DNA of 32,000 nucleotides from Amoeboradix gromovi X-113 (Eukaryota > Fungi > Sanchytriomycota). Below the pieces are notes generated by a model that saw only the letters and a program-made list of their open reading frames with translations, had not been told where the DNA came from and searched no databases. Both the position numbers and the translations under genes were made by a program. The stretch is taken from the NCBI GenBank assembly GCA_018985225.1, contig JADGIF010000019.1, positions 7,103 through 39,102 on the forward strand, given 5' to 3'. This document shows, piece after piece, positions 31,346 through 32,000 of the stretch. Position 1 is the stretch's first letter. Every line of letters begins with the position of its first letter.

Positions 31346-31511
31346 GGGACACCCAATGTAATAACAGGAGTAACTTGATATTTCTTGAAATGACAAAAAG
31401 AGTGTTTTCTGAAACTCTTAAATGAGATCTTTCTGAAAATCCCAGTTTCAAGTTGGTGTGACCATTACGTATGATATTATTCAGCATTAAAATGAGAACA
31501 GCAATTCAAAT
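31346..31511 (+). mobile_element. End of another TIR-family copy, interrupted at its inner repeat by the 31512 element
   Basis: GGGACACCCAATGTAATAACAGGAGTAACT is a degenerate TIR. The segment ends in GCAATTCAAAT, the start of the inner repeat seen at 19830-19820. Confidence 0.65.
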
Positions 31512-32000
31512 GGGACATCAAATATAAAAACTAGACTAACTCGTTTTTAAAGGTGCACCATACGGAGGAAATCATTAACAAAAGATCTTCTTCTATTATA
31601 CCAATTTTCTTTCATTGATTGTATTCCTCTTCTCAAAATAAAACTAGAAGACCCTGAATCTCGTTGAAATATATGAGGTCTTTGAGCATCTAAGCAAAAG
31701 GTGCATTTTCTTAGACGGTACTCTTTTCTAGAGTCATTTTGTAATGTTATACTAACATCATTCTCACAGACACTTCCTTTCCTTCAAGTGTAATCTATGA
31801 ACAGTCTCCCTGACTCTTGTCTTGCTGAATTTCAATCTTCTTCAATGTCAATGTCCGGCTTTTTCTTCTTTGATTTACTGGTGTATGAAAGCTTTTGCTT
31901 TCTCTTGGCCATAACTTTATTAGGAAAGGTCTCTATTTATGTGCAAGACAGTTCTTTCTGGATAGTTCTTAAATGAAAATATACCCTATTATGAATCAGT
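31512..32000 (-). mobile_element. 3' end of a TIR-family element carrying a decayed Fanzor-like gene (runs off the window)
   Basis: TIR GGGACATCAAATATAAAAACTAGACTAACTC at 31512, with outer flank AAAT. Confidence 0.8.
31547..31912 (-). pseudogene. Fanzor/TnpB-like C-terminus with in-frame stops
   Basis: One frame reads ...FIDYT*RKGSVCEND...EYRLRKCTFCLDAQRPHIFQRDSGSSSFILRRG...HL*, a YTS..CxxC / CxxC / RD layout. The stop lies 4 nt inside the TIR. Confidence 0.6.

Noticed and set aside
12-31542. Recurrent 31-bp motif as a CRISPR or tandem array
   Set aside because: The copies are dispersed over kilobases in both orientations and behave as element termini. There are no regular spacers.
1-32000. 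tRNA, rRNA or snRNA genes
   Set aside because: None were recognisable by eye. A covariance-model scan would be needed to exclude small RNAs.

Overview
AT-rich, gene-dense eukaryotic DNA using the standard code, most likely from a genome-reduced, flagellated early-diverging fungus or close relative (fungal-type mS26/mL40 plus ciliary CYB5D1; the taxon is an inference). The housekeeping genes are PET123-like, an MGRN1-like RING ligase, CYB5D1, DCP2, a shortened ATR, EFL1, mL40, SCYL1/CEX1 and TBCD. They are tightly packed and nearly intronless; the two introns I can demonstrate (DCP2, EFL1) are both exactly 19 nt. A family of about 31-bp GGG...CCC terminal inverted repeats occurs 8 times. One pair delimits a 10,078-bp transposase-less element (9826-19903) with a perfect ATTT target-site duplication, and it splits a Fanzor2/TnpB gene whose halves rejoin in frame. 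That element carries intact cargo (a HET-domain protein, a helical-bundle/EF-hand-like/DUF4760-like protein and a membrane protein), several pseudogenes and an internal second left end. Another member of the TIR family (31512 onward) ends in a decayed Fanzor-like C-terminus, and a 367-bp derivative (27325-27691) keeps only its 3' end. A third TnpB-like relic lies near 23.6-23.8 kb. All protein family calls come from motif recognition by eye, not database searches.
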